From NCBI GenBank assembly GCA_021208605.1, contig JAJOJK010000003.1:9481-73480 (forward strand): 64,000 bases of DNA, in the 5' to 3' direction. Position numbers and translations under genes: made by a program. The DNA is from Candidatus Woesebacteria bacterium (GTDB lineage Bacteria > Patescibacteriota > Microgenomatia > UBA1400 > UBA1396). Positions 1 to 8,559 of this stretch are shown here, in pieces. Positions within the stretch are counted from its first letter, which is position 1, and each line of letters starts with the position of its first letter. The notes below the pieces were generated by a model. That model was given only the letters and a program-made list of their open reading frames with translations, was not told where the DNA came from and searched no databases.

Positions 1-1588
1 CGATACAAGAGATACCACTACCCATACAAGTCTTTCCATTCGCAGCCGAGCCACATGGCTCACCACAGACAGCGGGAGCTGGCGTGGGAGTTGGGTTGGG
101 AGTTGGGTTCGGGGTGGGATTTGGCGTCTGCTGCGCTGGAGGCGTTGAAGGCTCTGGACTACTCTGAGTTGGTGTAGAGTTCGCACCACAAGACAGGCCT
201 GGTTCAGCAAAACATTCTTTGCCAATTACGCCGTATTTACAGGTGTTGTAACAGTTCTGGCGTCCGCCGTTAGAAATAGGATCACCACAGCCGGTGAATT
301 TGCGGAAGTAGTCATTGGAGCCACAGCTGGTAATTGTTGAGCTAGAAGGATCATACGATTCAACTTTGGAAGTACAGTCGGTGTACAGTGAATTCGTATT
401 CGCCTCACACTGAGATTTTGAGTTGTAACATGTTCCCTGTACTCCGTTTGCTGTTGTCTTACAGTACAAGGTGTATTGCCCGCCAGTAGCGCCACAGTAG
501 TGGGCATTGACTTCACCAGCAACGTAGCCAGTACCTGAACCGTTACAGATTTGACCTTTTGTGCCAGAGGTACATTTAATCGTGCCTGGCTCACACTCTT
601 TGCCATTTGTTCCGACATCAGGACAAATATTGTTTTGGCACTGTTGAGCCACACTGCTTGCACCCCAAGTATCGGAGAAAGAACAGGTTTGCTTTACTTT
701 GCCGCCACAGTTACAAGTAATGACATACTGACAACCGCCATTGGCGAGATTACCGGGTTCAATGGATCCATCTACTACACCGTCACCATCCAAATCATCA
801 CCTACTCCAGCCGTAGTAGCCGGGATAGCGGAACATAAGTTTCCAGTAGTTCTGTTACAGACTAATCGTTCTCCGGCATTGGTAATAATAGTTCCAACAG
901 GCTTTCCTCTGCAGACACTGGCCGTTGGACTTTGGCTAGAACAATTGGGGTCCGCAGCATTATTACTATTTGGATTAGACGTGCTCGAATTGTTATTGGA
1001 ATTATTATTATTGTTGTTATTTGAGCCTGATTGCTCAACCCATGACCCATTTTTACAAGTGTATTTTACGCCATCACGAGTACCGGTTTGGCCATCTGAA
1101 CACTCGTTATTTTTTTGGCCACCATCACAGGTATTGCCGCCATTCTTCCACTGACCAGAACAAGTACACTCACAATTAGCAACTCCGTAATCGCCCTTAC
1201 CACAGAGTTTACGACCACTAACTGAACCACCATTTATGGAATTCTTATTTGACGCACATTTATTGGAACAAGCACTTCCATTGTACGAGCATGAATTACT
1301 CGAATTATTATTGTTAGAATTATTGTTATTGTTATTGTTATTATTATTGTTGTTGTTATTTGAGTTGTTATTACTCGAACTTGATTTCACCCGACAACGA
1401 CTTACACATGTATTTGCATTTGCATTATATGTTACTTCGTAACACTCATATCCTGATCCACAACTAACGCCATTACAAGAAGTTCCACACGTTGCAATAC
1501 CCGCATATGCTTTTGGGGCTGCGTACTGAGAAAGAGCAACAACACTTGCTGTTAAGAAAATGATTAGGGCAAAAAATACTTTTTTCAT
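1..1588 (-). CDS. Cys-rich secreted protein with poly-Asn tracts (partial; 3' end beyond window start)
   Basis: ATG at 1588 (minus) gives signal peptide MKKVFFALIIFLTASVVALSQYAAPKAYA followed by a Cys-rich mature region (..GIATCGTSCNGVSCGSGYECY..). Long (AAC/AAT)n runs encode poly-Asn. The frame stays open to the window edge, which is why it is absent from the ORF track. Confidence 0.55.
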   Translation of the reverse strand, partial: MKKVFFALIIFLTASVVALSQYAAPKAYAGIATCGTSCNGVSCGSGYECYEVTYNANANTCVSRCRVKSSSSNNNSNNNNNNNNNNNNNNSNNNNSSNSCSYNGSACSNKCASNKNSINGGSVSGRKLCGKGDYGVANCECTCSGQWKNGGNTCDGGQKNNECSDGQTGTRDGVKYTCKNGSWVEQSGSNNNNNNNSNNNSSTSNPNSNNAADPNCSSQSPTASVCRGKPVGTIITNAGERLVCNRTTGNLCSAIPATTAGVGDDLDGDGVVDGSIEPGNLANGGCQYVITCNCGGKVKQTCSFSDTWGASSVAQQCQNNICPDVGTNGKECEPGTIKCTSGTKGQICNGSGTGYVAGEVNAHYCGATGGQYTLYCKTTANGVQGTCYNSKSQCEANTNSLYTDCTSKVESYDPSSSTITSCGSNDYFRKFTGCGDPISNGGRQNCYNTCKYGVIGKECFAEPGLSCGANSTPTQSSPEPSTPPAQQTPNPTPNPTPNPTPTPAPAVCGEPCGSAANGKTCMGSGISCI

Positions 1589-1591
1589 TTA

Positions 1592-2470
1592 TTAAATTTC
1601 TTTTTCATATAATACGTTGGTAGAAGGAATAAGAGGATTCTGAGTTTCTTCCACAGTAATGATTATCTTATCGAAAGCGTTCTCATCACCAACAAAAGGA
1701 AGCGTCATATAAGAAACTCCATTAACAACTTCTGAAATAGCTGGATCTAGGTACACGTTTTCCTGACCGGCAAACTGAGCCCAAATTACAAAAGTACGAT
1801 CAGGGTCCTCAATCCAAGCCCTGATAGCACCTTCTCCAGCAATTTCATCATAGGAATACATTACAAAACCTTCCGGAGTTTCCGAAAATTTATCAAGTCT
1901 GTAAAAATCACTATCACCTAAAACAACGTTTTTCACCACCTCTGGATCATCGGCGTTTCCTACCGACTCTGTTGGATCACTATTGAAAGTCACAGGGACT
2001 TCTTGTGTAGTGGACGGATTATTTGCATTCTGACTCGCCTCCGACCGCACATCCTGCGAAGTTTGCAGCTGTGTATACACCACAAAGCCCATCAGTACGG
2101 CCAAGGCACCACCAAGGAGACTTCCGACCACTAATTTTTGGGGATTACTGAGGCTTTGCAAAAATCCGCTTTTTGGGGCTTCGGCAGCTTTGGGAGCCGC
2201 AGCAGCGGGAGGAGTTTGTTGTGGCGGAGCAGTTTGCACAAACTGGGACTGCTGAGCAGCTGGAGTCTGGGGAGAAGCTGCTCCCACGTTTGAATTCATG
2301 CCTGGTTGCGATGGCATTTGGGAAAAGCGAGAAGGAGGTTGATTGGCTACTGGTGGTTGAGTTGGGGCGCCACCAACCGGCTGGTAAAACGAATTGCTCG
2401 ACGGTGAAGTCGCTCCAGTTGCGGTATTTCCAGATGAAGGCACACTATTTGTGTTCATATCTTCGGCCAT
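1592..2470 (-). CDS. hypothetical single-pass membrane protein (Pro/Gln-rich N-terminus, TM helix, extracytoplasmic C-domain)
   Basis: The track ORF 1592..2893 runs through a tRNA gene and the tRNA-linked element. I truncated it to the internal start MAEDMNTNSV at 2470. The TM segment is LVVGSLLGGALAVLMGFVVYTQL. Confidence 0.5.
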   Translation of the reverse strand: MAEDMNTNSVPSSGNTATGATSPSSNSFYQPVGGAPTQPPVANQPPSRFSQMPSQPGMNSNVGAASPQTPAAQQSQFVQTAPPQQTPPAAAAPKAAEAPKSGFLQSLSNPQKLVVGSLLGGALAVLMGFVVYTQLQTSQDVRSEASQNANNPSTTQEVPVTFNSDPTESVGNADDPEVVKNVVLGDSDFYRLDKFSETPEGFVMYSYDEIAGEGAIRAWIEDPDRTFVIWAQFAGQENVYLDPAISEVVNGVSYMTLPFVGDENAFDKIIITVEETQNPLIPSTNVLYEKEI

Positions 2471-2578
2471 AGTTAAGAGTATGTCAGAACCATGAGGCGG
2501 ATACAATACAAAGATTACCCAAAGAAAAGTAAAGATTCCGTAAGAATGGCTGATAAAAAACCAGTACAGACAAAAATG

Positions 2579-2740
2579 GTGCGCGCACCAGGACTCACGA
2601 CTGCGCTCATTCCCATTCGCTCCGCATGCACTAGGGTTGTTTCGCATTTCTTCTATTTCGGTATGCTCACCCCGTCGCGAACCGCAGCTTTTCCTCTCCG
2701 CTGTACACACAAAAAAAAACTGGCTTTGCCAGTTTTTTAT
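2579..2740 (-). mobile_element. tRNA-linked ~145-bp element, copy 1
   Basis: Bounded by an exact 18-bp duplication of the tRNA-Ile 3' end (gtgcgcgcaccaggactc at 2579-2596, identical to 2741-2758). Contains an ~85-bp core (2597-2681) 100% identical over ~57 nt to 30306-30356. A bidirectional terminator hairpin (A9-ctggctttgccag-T6) sits at 2712-2740. Confidence 0.6.
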
Positions 2741-2741
2741 G

Positions 2742-2815
2742 TGCGCGCACCAGGACTCGAACCTGGAACCGCGAAGGTATAAGCTTCGTGCTCTAGCCAA
2801 TTGAGCTATGCGCGC
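2742..2815 (-). tRNA. tRNA-Ile (anticodon UAU)
   Basis: Cloverleaf read on the minus strand: GCGCGCA/TGCGCGC acceptor, GCTC-AATTGGCTA-GAGC D arm, CGAAG-CTTATAC-CTTCG anticodon arm (UAU), CCAGG-TTCGAGT-CCTGG T arm, discriminator A. CCA is not encoded. Confidence 0.75.
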
Positions 2816-2844
2816 CCGTGTCCACTCTTGGTAGATTGAAAAAA

Positions 2845-2880
2845 GGATCCAACCCTTACTTATACGGACGTAGGAGGTAT
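2845..2880 (+). repeat. hairpin repeat type C (AGGATCCAACCCT + TACTTATACGGACGTAGG)
   Basis: Fourth, slightly diverged copy of the AGGG-N5-CCCT-TTACTTATAAGGACGTAA motif also present at 8518, 33151 and 57140. Confidence 0.45.
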
Positions 2881-2889
2881 TGTATAACC

Positions 2890-3459
2890 TCAAGCAAAAA
2901 AGAGCCAGGCGAGAAACGCCACTAATCCAAAAGCGCCTAACCCCAAAATAACAGCGCCCAAAAAGGTGAGTCGCTGCGTCACTGACTCATGCTTGTCGAC
3001 AATTTCTTCTAAAGTCGCTGCTTGCTCCATTCCAGCATCGTGATCCCTAACTTTTTCAGTCGCCGACGGACCCTCAAGCTCTGGTAACGTCTGTTCGTAC
3101 GCCATCTGGCGCAAGTCTTGCGACTGCTGCACGAGCATCGTCGTCGAACCAATACCAAGTGCCAATACAAATACCGCCACCATGCCACCGAGAACACGTA
3201 AATCTAATTTCGGTAAAACGCGTTGTCGTGGGGACAAATTATTCTCCCAAATCTCGGTCGCGCCAGCCCGTTCATCTGGTTGCGGCGTGGCTACTGGTGC
3301 GGGAGCGACATGAGCGGAGATATGGGCCATTCCAGCCGAGACAGGTCGCGTAGCACCGGTACCACCAGCGCTCGAAATCTCTGGGAAATGACTCGACTCC
3401 TCTTGAATTTCTTTGAGGAGCTCATCAAGTGATTTGTGAGTCGACATATTGGCATTCAT
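2890..3459 (-). CDS. hypothetical membrane protein
   Basis: Track ORF 2890..3549. The likely start is MNANMSTHKSLDELLKEI at 3459. It has a C-terminal TM helix (LTFLGAVILGLGAFGLVAFLAWLFF). Confidence 0.45.
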   Translation of the reverse strand: MNANMSTHKSLDELLKEIQEESSHFPEISSAGGTGATRPVSAGMAHISAHVAPAPVATPQPDERAGATEIWENNLSPRQRVLPKLDLRVLGGMVAVFVLALGIGSTTMLVQQSQDLRQMAYEQTLPELEGPSATEKVRDHDAGMEQAATLEEIVDKHESVTQRLTFLGAVILGLGAFGLVAFLAWLFFA

Positions 3460-3502
3460 AGACAGTATTCTGGTACCTGCGTATTTCTCTCTTCTCTTTA
3501 CA

Positions 3503-4999
3503 CTACGCTGATCGCATACTTTGGCGCGTAACAAAAATGCCGCCCGCAAAGAAGATCAGACCGACCCCAACCAGAAAGACCGTCATATCCGAGCTCCCTG
3601 AGACTGGCTGTGCCGAATGGGTAGCCGGCGTACTGACCCGAGGAGAAGCCGTTGGAGTAGCGGAGGCTACTGGTGTGGGAGTAGGCGTTGGGGTTGACGT
3701 AGCGACAGGAGTGGGTGTTGGGGTTGGCGTCGCTAAAGTTCCAGATGGAGAGGACGTGAAAGCGGGTAAGTTTGACTCGCCATTGGCCAACACTAAGAAG
3801 GTTCGATTGATCTTTTGCTGGTTCCCTTGGTCATCGGTGTAGGTGACGGTAATGGTGTGCTCGCCAGGTTCAAGATCTTCCGGCGGCGTCCAGGCCCAGT
3901 TACCAGTGGAGTCCACGGTAGCCACGTCGAAAATTGGTTGATTGGAGTGGACTTCGATTTGGACAAATCCGTTTGCCGGAGCGGTGCCGAGAAATTCGGG
4001 TCGTTGGGTCGAGATCTGCTCGTTGTTTTCGAGTTCGATTTCGACTGGACCGGTCGTCACGGTGGTGGTCGTGGTCGTTTCGGTTTGCTCGTCGACCATG
4101 CTGCCAAAGGCGCCACCGGAATCATCTGTTGATGTGGTATCGGGAACAGCTGTTGGCGAAGGCGGAGGTGTTTCTGCTTCGTCAACGACTATGGGAGCTT
4201 CGTTTTCGGCACCGAAGGTGATATCGGTCATCGGTGAGAGTGCACTCACGGTAGTGTCGACATTCACCGTTTCATTGCGCTGGGTTCCCTGGACTTGCAC
4301 AGTAACTGGATCAGTGGGCTCATACGTGTAGAGAGCCGATAAGTCGGCAGTGCGCAAATCGGTGAGCTGCACGGCCCAACTCCCATTGGCTTTGACCAAG
4401 GCGGACAATGGCGAAGCACCTTCAATGGACAAATAGACTATTGATCCCTCAGCCGGGTTACCAACTTCGTTCAACACGTTTCCGTAGGCGGTGCGGGTTT
4501 CGCTGTCGGAAGAAATAGCGCGTGCGGTGCGCACGGCAAAGGGCGCGCCGTTGTTATCAAATTCCGAACGCTCACCGGTCCCGAGAACAAAATAGTACTG
4601 CGTGGAAGGGTCCAACCCTTGCACCGTCACGTGATGTGACTGGTAGGAGCCAACGGCATTCGCCAATTTGTCGCGGTCGTCACGAACTTGCACGTTGATG
4701 CGATTTTGATCTGTTCCGTACTTAAGGTATCCGGGAGCAGATAAGTCAGTCAAAAAAGAAACGGTAAAGCTGGTATCAGTAATATTGGTAATGCGAACTT
4801 GGCGGGGAACGGCGTCTTCGGAAGCGCGCGGTAAAAAGTTCGAAGCGGTGTCGGACTGCACTAAACTTAATCCGGCGACAACACCCACGACCAAAATACC
4901 CAAGCCGAGAAGCGTGGGAATCCTCTGCTGGAGCAGGCTACCGCGTGGAGACCGTTGCTTTGGTCCAAACCACCGGCTTAAAAAAGAGGAAGCAGGCAT
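3503..4999 (-). CDS. surface protein with fibronectin type III-like domain, Pro/Thr-rich linker and C-terminal TM anchor
   Basis: N-terminal TM/signal (LLGLGILVVGVVAGLSLV), FN3-like block (ITNITDTSFTVSF...GLDPSTQYYF), PTPTPTP linker, C-terminal TM VFLVGVGLIFFAGGIFV followed by a basic tail. Lies upstream of the PilN/O-like genes. Confidence 0.55.
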   Translation of the reverse strand: MPASSFLSRWFGPKQRSPRGSLLQQRIPTLLGLGILVVGVVAGLSLVQSDTASNFLPRASEDAVPRQVRITNITDTSFTVSFLTDLSAPGYLKYGTDQNRINVQVRDDRDKLANAVGSYQSHHVTVQGLDPSTQYYFVLGTGERSEFDNNGAPFAVRTARAISSDSETRTAYGNVLNEVGNPAEGSIVYLSIEGASPLSALVKANGSWAVQLTDLRTADLSALYTYEPTDPVTVQVQGTQRNETVNVDTTVSALSPMTDITFGAENEAPIVVDEAETPPPSPTAVPDTTSTDDSGGAFGSMVDEQTETTTTTTVTTGPVEIELENNEQISTQRPEFLGTAPANGFVQIEVHSNQPIFDVATVDSTGNWAWTPPEDLEPGEHTITVTYTDDQGNQQKINRTFLVLANGESNLPAFTSSPSGTLATPTPTPTPVATSTPTPTPTPVASATPTASPRVSTPATHSAQPVSGSSDMTVFLVGVGLIFFAGGIFVTRQSMRSA

Positions 5000-5062
5000 A
5001 CCGTCTCCATAGTACTGATTTGTTTCTCGCCTTGCAATACGCGTCGCATGATTTTGACTTTC

Positions 5063-5551
5063 TTATTGACCATCGAGAAACGGATTGTTCGGCTCAGTCG
5101 TCACAGTGGAAGTTTCACTTTCAGTCTCATTTTCCTGATTCGTTTCTTGGAATGGCGAAACATTTTCGGCTGATTCTTCTGGTGTGGAGGATGGCGTTGT
5201 GGTTTCTGCTGATTCGGTGGCTTCAACCAAACCTAACTCTCCCAGCGATTCCTGTACGGCGGCTTCTTCTGCGGCCGCTTCTTGTTGTTGGCGCAAAAGA
5301 ATTTCGCGCACGTAGGTACGAGCACCTTCGGTAGTGACAGTCTCATAGGACTCGAGCGTGAGAACCGTTTCCACGTCGAGCTGCGGATTGAGCGGCTCGG
5401 TTAAGGCACGCGTGGTCGAGGGGATCGTCGTGCGAGTGTTCGAGAGATAAATATCTATTCCCACACCAATCATGACCGCAATCAAGCCGAGTGTTAGACC
5501 AGCCACCACGAGGCGCTGACGCAAAATCCCGGCGTAACTCAACCGTTTCAT
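5063..5551 (-). CDS. pilus assembly-associated membrane protein (PilP-like position), acidic C-terminus
   Basis: N-terminal TM. The start overlaps the next gene by ATGA (4 nt) at 5548-5551, consistent with an operon with the PilO/PilN-like genes. Confidence 0.4.
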   Translation of the reverse strand: MKRLSYAGILRQRLVVAGLTLGLIAVMIGVGIDIYLSNTRTTIPSTTRALTEPLNPQLDVETVLTLESYETVTTEGARTYVREILLRQQQEAAAEEAAVQESLGELGLVEATESAETTTPSSTPEESAENVSPFQETNQENETESETSTVTTEPNNPFLDGQ

Positions 5552-6222
5552 GAGCGACTCCTTCGAACTTCAGATTGATAGCCATACATCAAGATGGTAG
5601 CGGTAGTGCGTAATGTACGCTCTTCCTCACGGTTTTCTTCAACCGTAAATGTAAATTCCTGCACCGCGAATAAAGGCTTCACCGATTCAATCGCGGCAAA
5701 AAACTGCATCACGTCATCATACGAACCAGTAAACGAAATCTGAAACGCATACGCTTGAATTTCGCGATCACCGAGCGACAATTGTTGACTGGCATCTTCT
5801 GGTGCTGTCAGCACTAGCGGAAACTCTTGGATCTGCAACCCAGCCAATGAGAGATTTTCGCGGGCCACTAAGTACTCCATATAAATGAGGGCCGTTTCCA
5901 AAGAAATGTTCGTATGGATGGCTTCATCCAAAATGCTAAAACGTTCGCTGTAGGTGAGATACTCGGTCTGTGCCGTGGCCAAAGCGGAAATTTTACGGCC
6001 TAACGCTAAATCGACTTCCTCCTTCTCCTCTATTTCCTGCAGTAAGGAAGACATCGTGTTCAATGTGGGTCGCAACGCAAAAAGGGCGAAAAACATCACA
6101 CCCAGTAAGGACATCACTAACTCAAACGATACTCGCGTAACGGGTTTTTCGTAAAACTTCTCGAGCTGATCACGTATGGTCGAGCCAGAGACGAGGTTGC
6201 GTTTTTGTTCTTGTTCAGCCAT
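5548..6222 (-). CDS. pilO: type IV pilus assembly protein PilO-like
   Basis: Single N-terminal TM then a coiled-coil and a C-terminal domain. Gene order matches the pilN-pilO arrangement. Confidence 0.5.
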   Translation of the reverse strand: MAEQEQKRNLVSGSTIRDQLEKFYEKPVTRVSFELVMSLLGVMFFALFALRPTLNTMSSLLQEIEEKEEVDLALGRKISALATAQTEYLTYSERFSILDEAIHTNISLETALIYMEYLVARENLSLAGLQIQEFPLVLTAPEDASQQLSLGDREIQAYAFQISFTGSYDDVMQFFAAIESVKPLFAVQEFTFTVEENREEERTLRTTATILMYGYQSEVRRSRS

Positions 6223-6228
6223 GATTTC

Positions 6229-6846
6229 TTATTCTTCCTGCAAGACTTCTGCTAATCCGCGTGAGTATGTGAGTGAAACTCCAAACGTGATTCCGGGATC
6301 GCGCACGTCTCCACTCTGGATGTTCGTAATGCTCACCGACTCGAATTCCGGCACCTGTTTCAAGCGATCAACAAACACTTCTAAACTCCGGTTGGATCGA
6401 ATGGTGCCACTAATATTCAACTTTTCGCGCCGCAACGATATCTGGTCATACACCACGTCAGACGGCGTGACTCGCTGTAAAATGGCCATCACTTCGTACC
6501 GCCCCTGCTGATCCAAAATGGCGGCAATATCGTCAGTTTGCTCTTGGACTTCGCGCACGTCTGCCTCGAGCGTGTCGTACGACTCGACAATGGCCTGCTT
6601 TTGAATAATGCTGCGGTTGAGGTCAGTGAGTTGACGGTCAAGCGTAAAGCGCGAAAAAAAGCTCACGATCACAATGACTTCGGTAAAAATAACAATATGT
6701 CGACCAATCGACACCGCCCACCGCAAAATTTTTCCAATCGGCGTGGCGTAAAACGGATCTTCGGGATACAGGTTCAGACTCGGGATCTGCAGTCCCGCTT
6801 TCTTCCCCGAAGACAAAAATGGCAGTGACGATATCAACGACGGCAT
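6229..6846 (-). CDS. pilN: type IV pilus assembly protein PilN-like
   Basis: N-terminal cytoplasmic motif ..LNLYPED.. (PilN INLLP-like), a TM helix (HIVIFTEVIVIVSFF), then a periplasmic coiled-coil. Confidence 0.55.
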   Translation of the reverse strand: MPSLISSLPFLSSGKKAGLQIPSLNLYPEDPFYATPIGKILRWAVSIGRHIVIFTEVIVIVSFFSRFTLDRQLTDLNRSIIQKQAIVESYDTLEADVREVQEQTDDIAAILDQQGRYEVMAILQRVTPSDVVYDQISLRREKLNISGTIRSNRSLEVFVDRLKQVPEFESVSITNIQSGDVRDPGITFGVSLTYSRGLAEVLQEE

Positions 6847-6983
6847 AGGCAGGCTTCTGTTTCAGTATACAGGTTCCTGGGGAGGATCAAAAGAAATGTA
6901 TCGACAACAAACAATGTGTCACTGATATTGCGCCGTAGCGTTTTTGCCTGGTGAAGTCGAGGGTCTTCTCGTATAATACGAGC

Positions 6984-7427
6984 ATGAAGCCACTTCTGGT
7001 CAACAAGAAAGCTCGCTTTGAGTACGAGTTCATCGAAACCCTGACTGCCGGGGTGGTTTTGACGGGCGGCGAAGTCAAAATGCTCCGCAATTCCAAGGGA
7101 AGCTTACAAGGCAGTTTCGTCCGCTTGATTAGCGGTGAGGCTTGGCTCATTAACGCGCAAATCCCACCTTACCCCTACGCTCGCAACGAAGACTACGATC
7201 CGAAACAGTCCCGCAAACTTTTGCTCAAGAAAAAAGAATTGGAACAATTAGCTGCTGTTACTAAAACAAAGGGAATTACTTTGGTTCCAACCATGATTGG
7301 TTTAGATGGCCGATTTATTAAAGTTGAAGTAGCGATTGCCCGCGGTAAAAACGTCCGCGACCGCCGCGAACAGATTCGTCGCCGCGATTTGGAGCGGCAG
7401 ACGGCGCGGGATTTGAAGCAATACTAG
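6984..7427 (+). CDS. smpB: SsrA-binding protein SmpB
   Basis: MKPLLVNKKARFEYEF...GGEVKMLRN...PYPYARNEDYDPKQSRKLLLKKKE is diagnostic for SmpB. The start was moved to M12 of the track ORF 6951..7427. A TATAAT-like box lies at ~6970. Confidence 0.85.
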   Translation: MKPLLVNKKARFEYEFIETLTAGVVLTGGEVKMLRNSKGSLQGSFVRLISGEAWLINAQIPPYPYARNEDYDPKQSRKLLLKKKELEQLAAVTKTKGITLVPTMIGLDGRFIKVEVAIARGKNVRDRREQIRRRDLERQTARDLKQY

Positions 7428-7437
7428 TCTGGTCTGG

Positions 7438-7522
7438 GATTCTCCTCTTTCACAACTTCCTCAAGAAGGAGAATCCTGAACTGTATAAAAAAGAAGCTCC
7501 TCTCCGGAGCTCCTTTTCTTTA
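7438..7522. terminator. two hairpins forming a bidirectional intrinsic terminator between convergent smpB and a minus-strand gene
   Basis: GGATTCTCCT(7438-7447)...AGGAGAATCC(7468-7477) stem. GCTCC-tctcc-GGAGC (7497-7511) is followed by tccttttcttt on the plus strand and by T-rich sequence on the minus strand. Confidence 0.55.
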
Positions 7523-7549
7523 CATTCGTACAATCCGTACGCTACAGGC

Positions 7550-7810
7550 TTATGCGGCCTTAGCAGCTTTACGGAGGACTGGCATACCAGTGCGCTTGGT
7601 CTCTACGACCTCGTAGCCTTCTGGTACTTCGTCAATAGCACCTTCACGCTCATCACGAGCGAAGAAGAAGATGGGGCGGGTAATACCGTTTTTAAGAGTG
7701 ACCATCTTCTTGTGTAAGAAATAGGTCTGACCCTTAGAGTTGGTGTATGAGAACGCCATTCTCGGTCCTTTCTTTTGTTTTCCCTCTCTTGAGGTATCTT
7801 GTTTTACCAT
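7550..7810 (-). CDS. hypothetical small protein
   Basis: Track ORF of 86 aa. The likely start is at internal MAFSYTNSKGQTYFLH. No recognisable motif. Confidence 0.4.
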   Translation of the reverse strand: MVKQDTSREGKQKKGPRMAFSYTNSKGQTYFLHKKMVTLKNGITRPIFFFARDEREGAIDEVPEGYEVVETKRTGMPVLRKAAKAA

Positions 7811-7867
7811 ACTCGAGGTTCATCTCAAGGGCAAGAGGGAATTTTTTTCAATACCTGACTAACGACC

Positions 7868-8551
7868 TTAATAATTTTGTTGCAGGGTATTGCGTACTTG
7901 AGTAATCGACATCTTTTGGCCATCCAAAAAGAACGTTGGTGTCGAGTTCAAACGAAGCTGTTCAGCAGCCCGCAAGTCTTCTGCTACACGCTCTTTTACG
8001 GCTTGACCGACATAATCGTCTTCAAACTGCTCTCCATCTAAACCAAGCTCTACAGCAAGTCCTAAATAGTACTCACTCGCATCAGTCAACTCAGACCACT
8101 CGGCTTGGCGAGCAAACAAGGCATCGTGCATTTCCCAGAACTTGCCTTGCATGGCGGCGGCCTCGCTGGCCCAGGCTGAACTTTCGGCATTTGGGTGAAT
8201 AGTGCGCAGCGGGTAGTGTCGATATACAAACGCCACGTCAGGATACTCTTCGAGAATACTTGCAATTTGTGGCTCCGTTGCAGCACAAGCTGGACACTGA
8301 AAGTCAGAAAATTCTACCAGCGTGAAACGGGCACTTTCGGTGGCGCCTTTGAGGTGGGGAGTCTCGGTCACCAACTGCGACTGATCACTCACTTCTTGCG
8401 TGGCACCGCTAAAGTCTTGCGAAAGGAAAAAGCCAATTCCAAAAATTAAGACGAGTGTTCCCACAAGTGTGGCGATAAGGAGTTTTACATTTTGCATTCG
8501 TTTCCTTTCTTTCTGGGTTACGTCCTTATAAGTAAGGGACCAACCCTTCAT
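7868..8551 (-). CDS. thioredoxin-fold DsbA-like thiol:disulfide oxidoreductase (membrane-anchored)
   Basis: FSDFQCPACAAT CxxC motif and an N-terminal TM helix. The true start is probably M19 (8497), because the first 11 codons of the track ORF are the translation of the type C repeat. Confidence 0.7.
   Translation of the reverse strand: MKGWSLTYKDVTQKERKRMQNVKLLIATLVGTLVLIFGIGFFLSQDFSGATQEVSDQSQLVTETPHLKGATESARFTLVEFSDFQCPACAATEPQIASILEEYPDVAFVYRHYPLRTIHPNAESSAWASEAAAMQGKFWEMHDALFARQAEWSELTDASEYYLGLAVELGLDGEQFEDDYVGQAVKERVAEDLRAAEQLRLNSTPTFFLDGQKMSITQVRNTLQQNY
8518..8548 (-). repeat. hairpin repeat type C (AGGGTTGGTCCCT + TACTTATAAGGACGTAA) 5' of dsbA-like start
   Basis: The gene-sense strand reads AAGGGTTGGTCCCTTACTTATAAGGACGTAACCC. 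The same module occurs at 33151 and 57140 directly upstream of start codons. Confidence 0.55.
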
Positions 8552-8559
8552 TCGATTTT

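Noticed and set aside
2597-2681. Conserved tRNA-linked core interpreted as a small conserved protein (minus-strand frame ..RRGEHTEIEEMRNNPSACG.. is present in both copies)
   Set aside because: The two copies are 100% identical at the nucleotide level, so no coding inference is possible. Both sit between a terminator and a tRNA 3'-end duplicate, and the plus-strand frames differ between copies. A non-coding or mobile element is more parsimonious.
1592-2893. Track ORF of 433 aa taken as a single gene
   Set aside because: Its 5' 140 codons run through tRNA-Ile (2742-2815), the terminator and the tRNA-linked element. I truncated it to the internal start at 2470.
6887-7150. Minus-strand ORF of 87 aa
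   Set aside because: It overlaps the well-supported smpB gene on the opposite strand and is most likely spurious.
6951-7500. tmRNA (ssrA) expected near smpB
   Set aside because: I found no tRNA-like 3' end (..TTCGAATCC..CCA) or resume-codon region near smpB in this window. It is probably encoded elsewhere.
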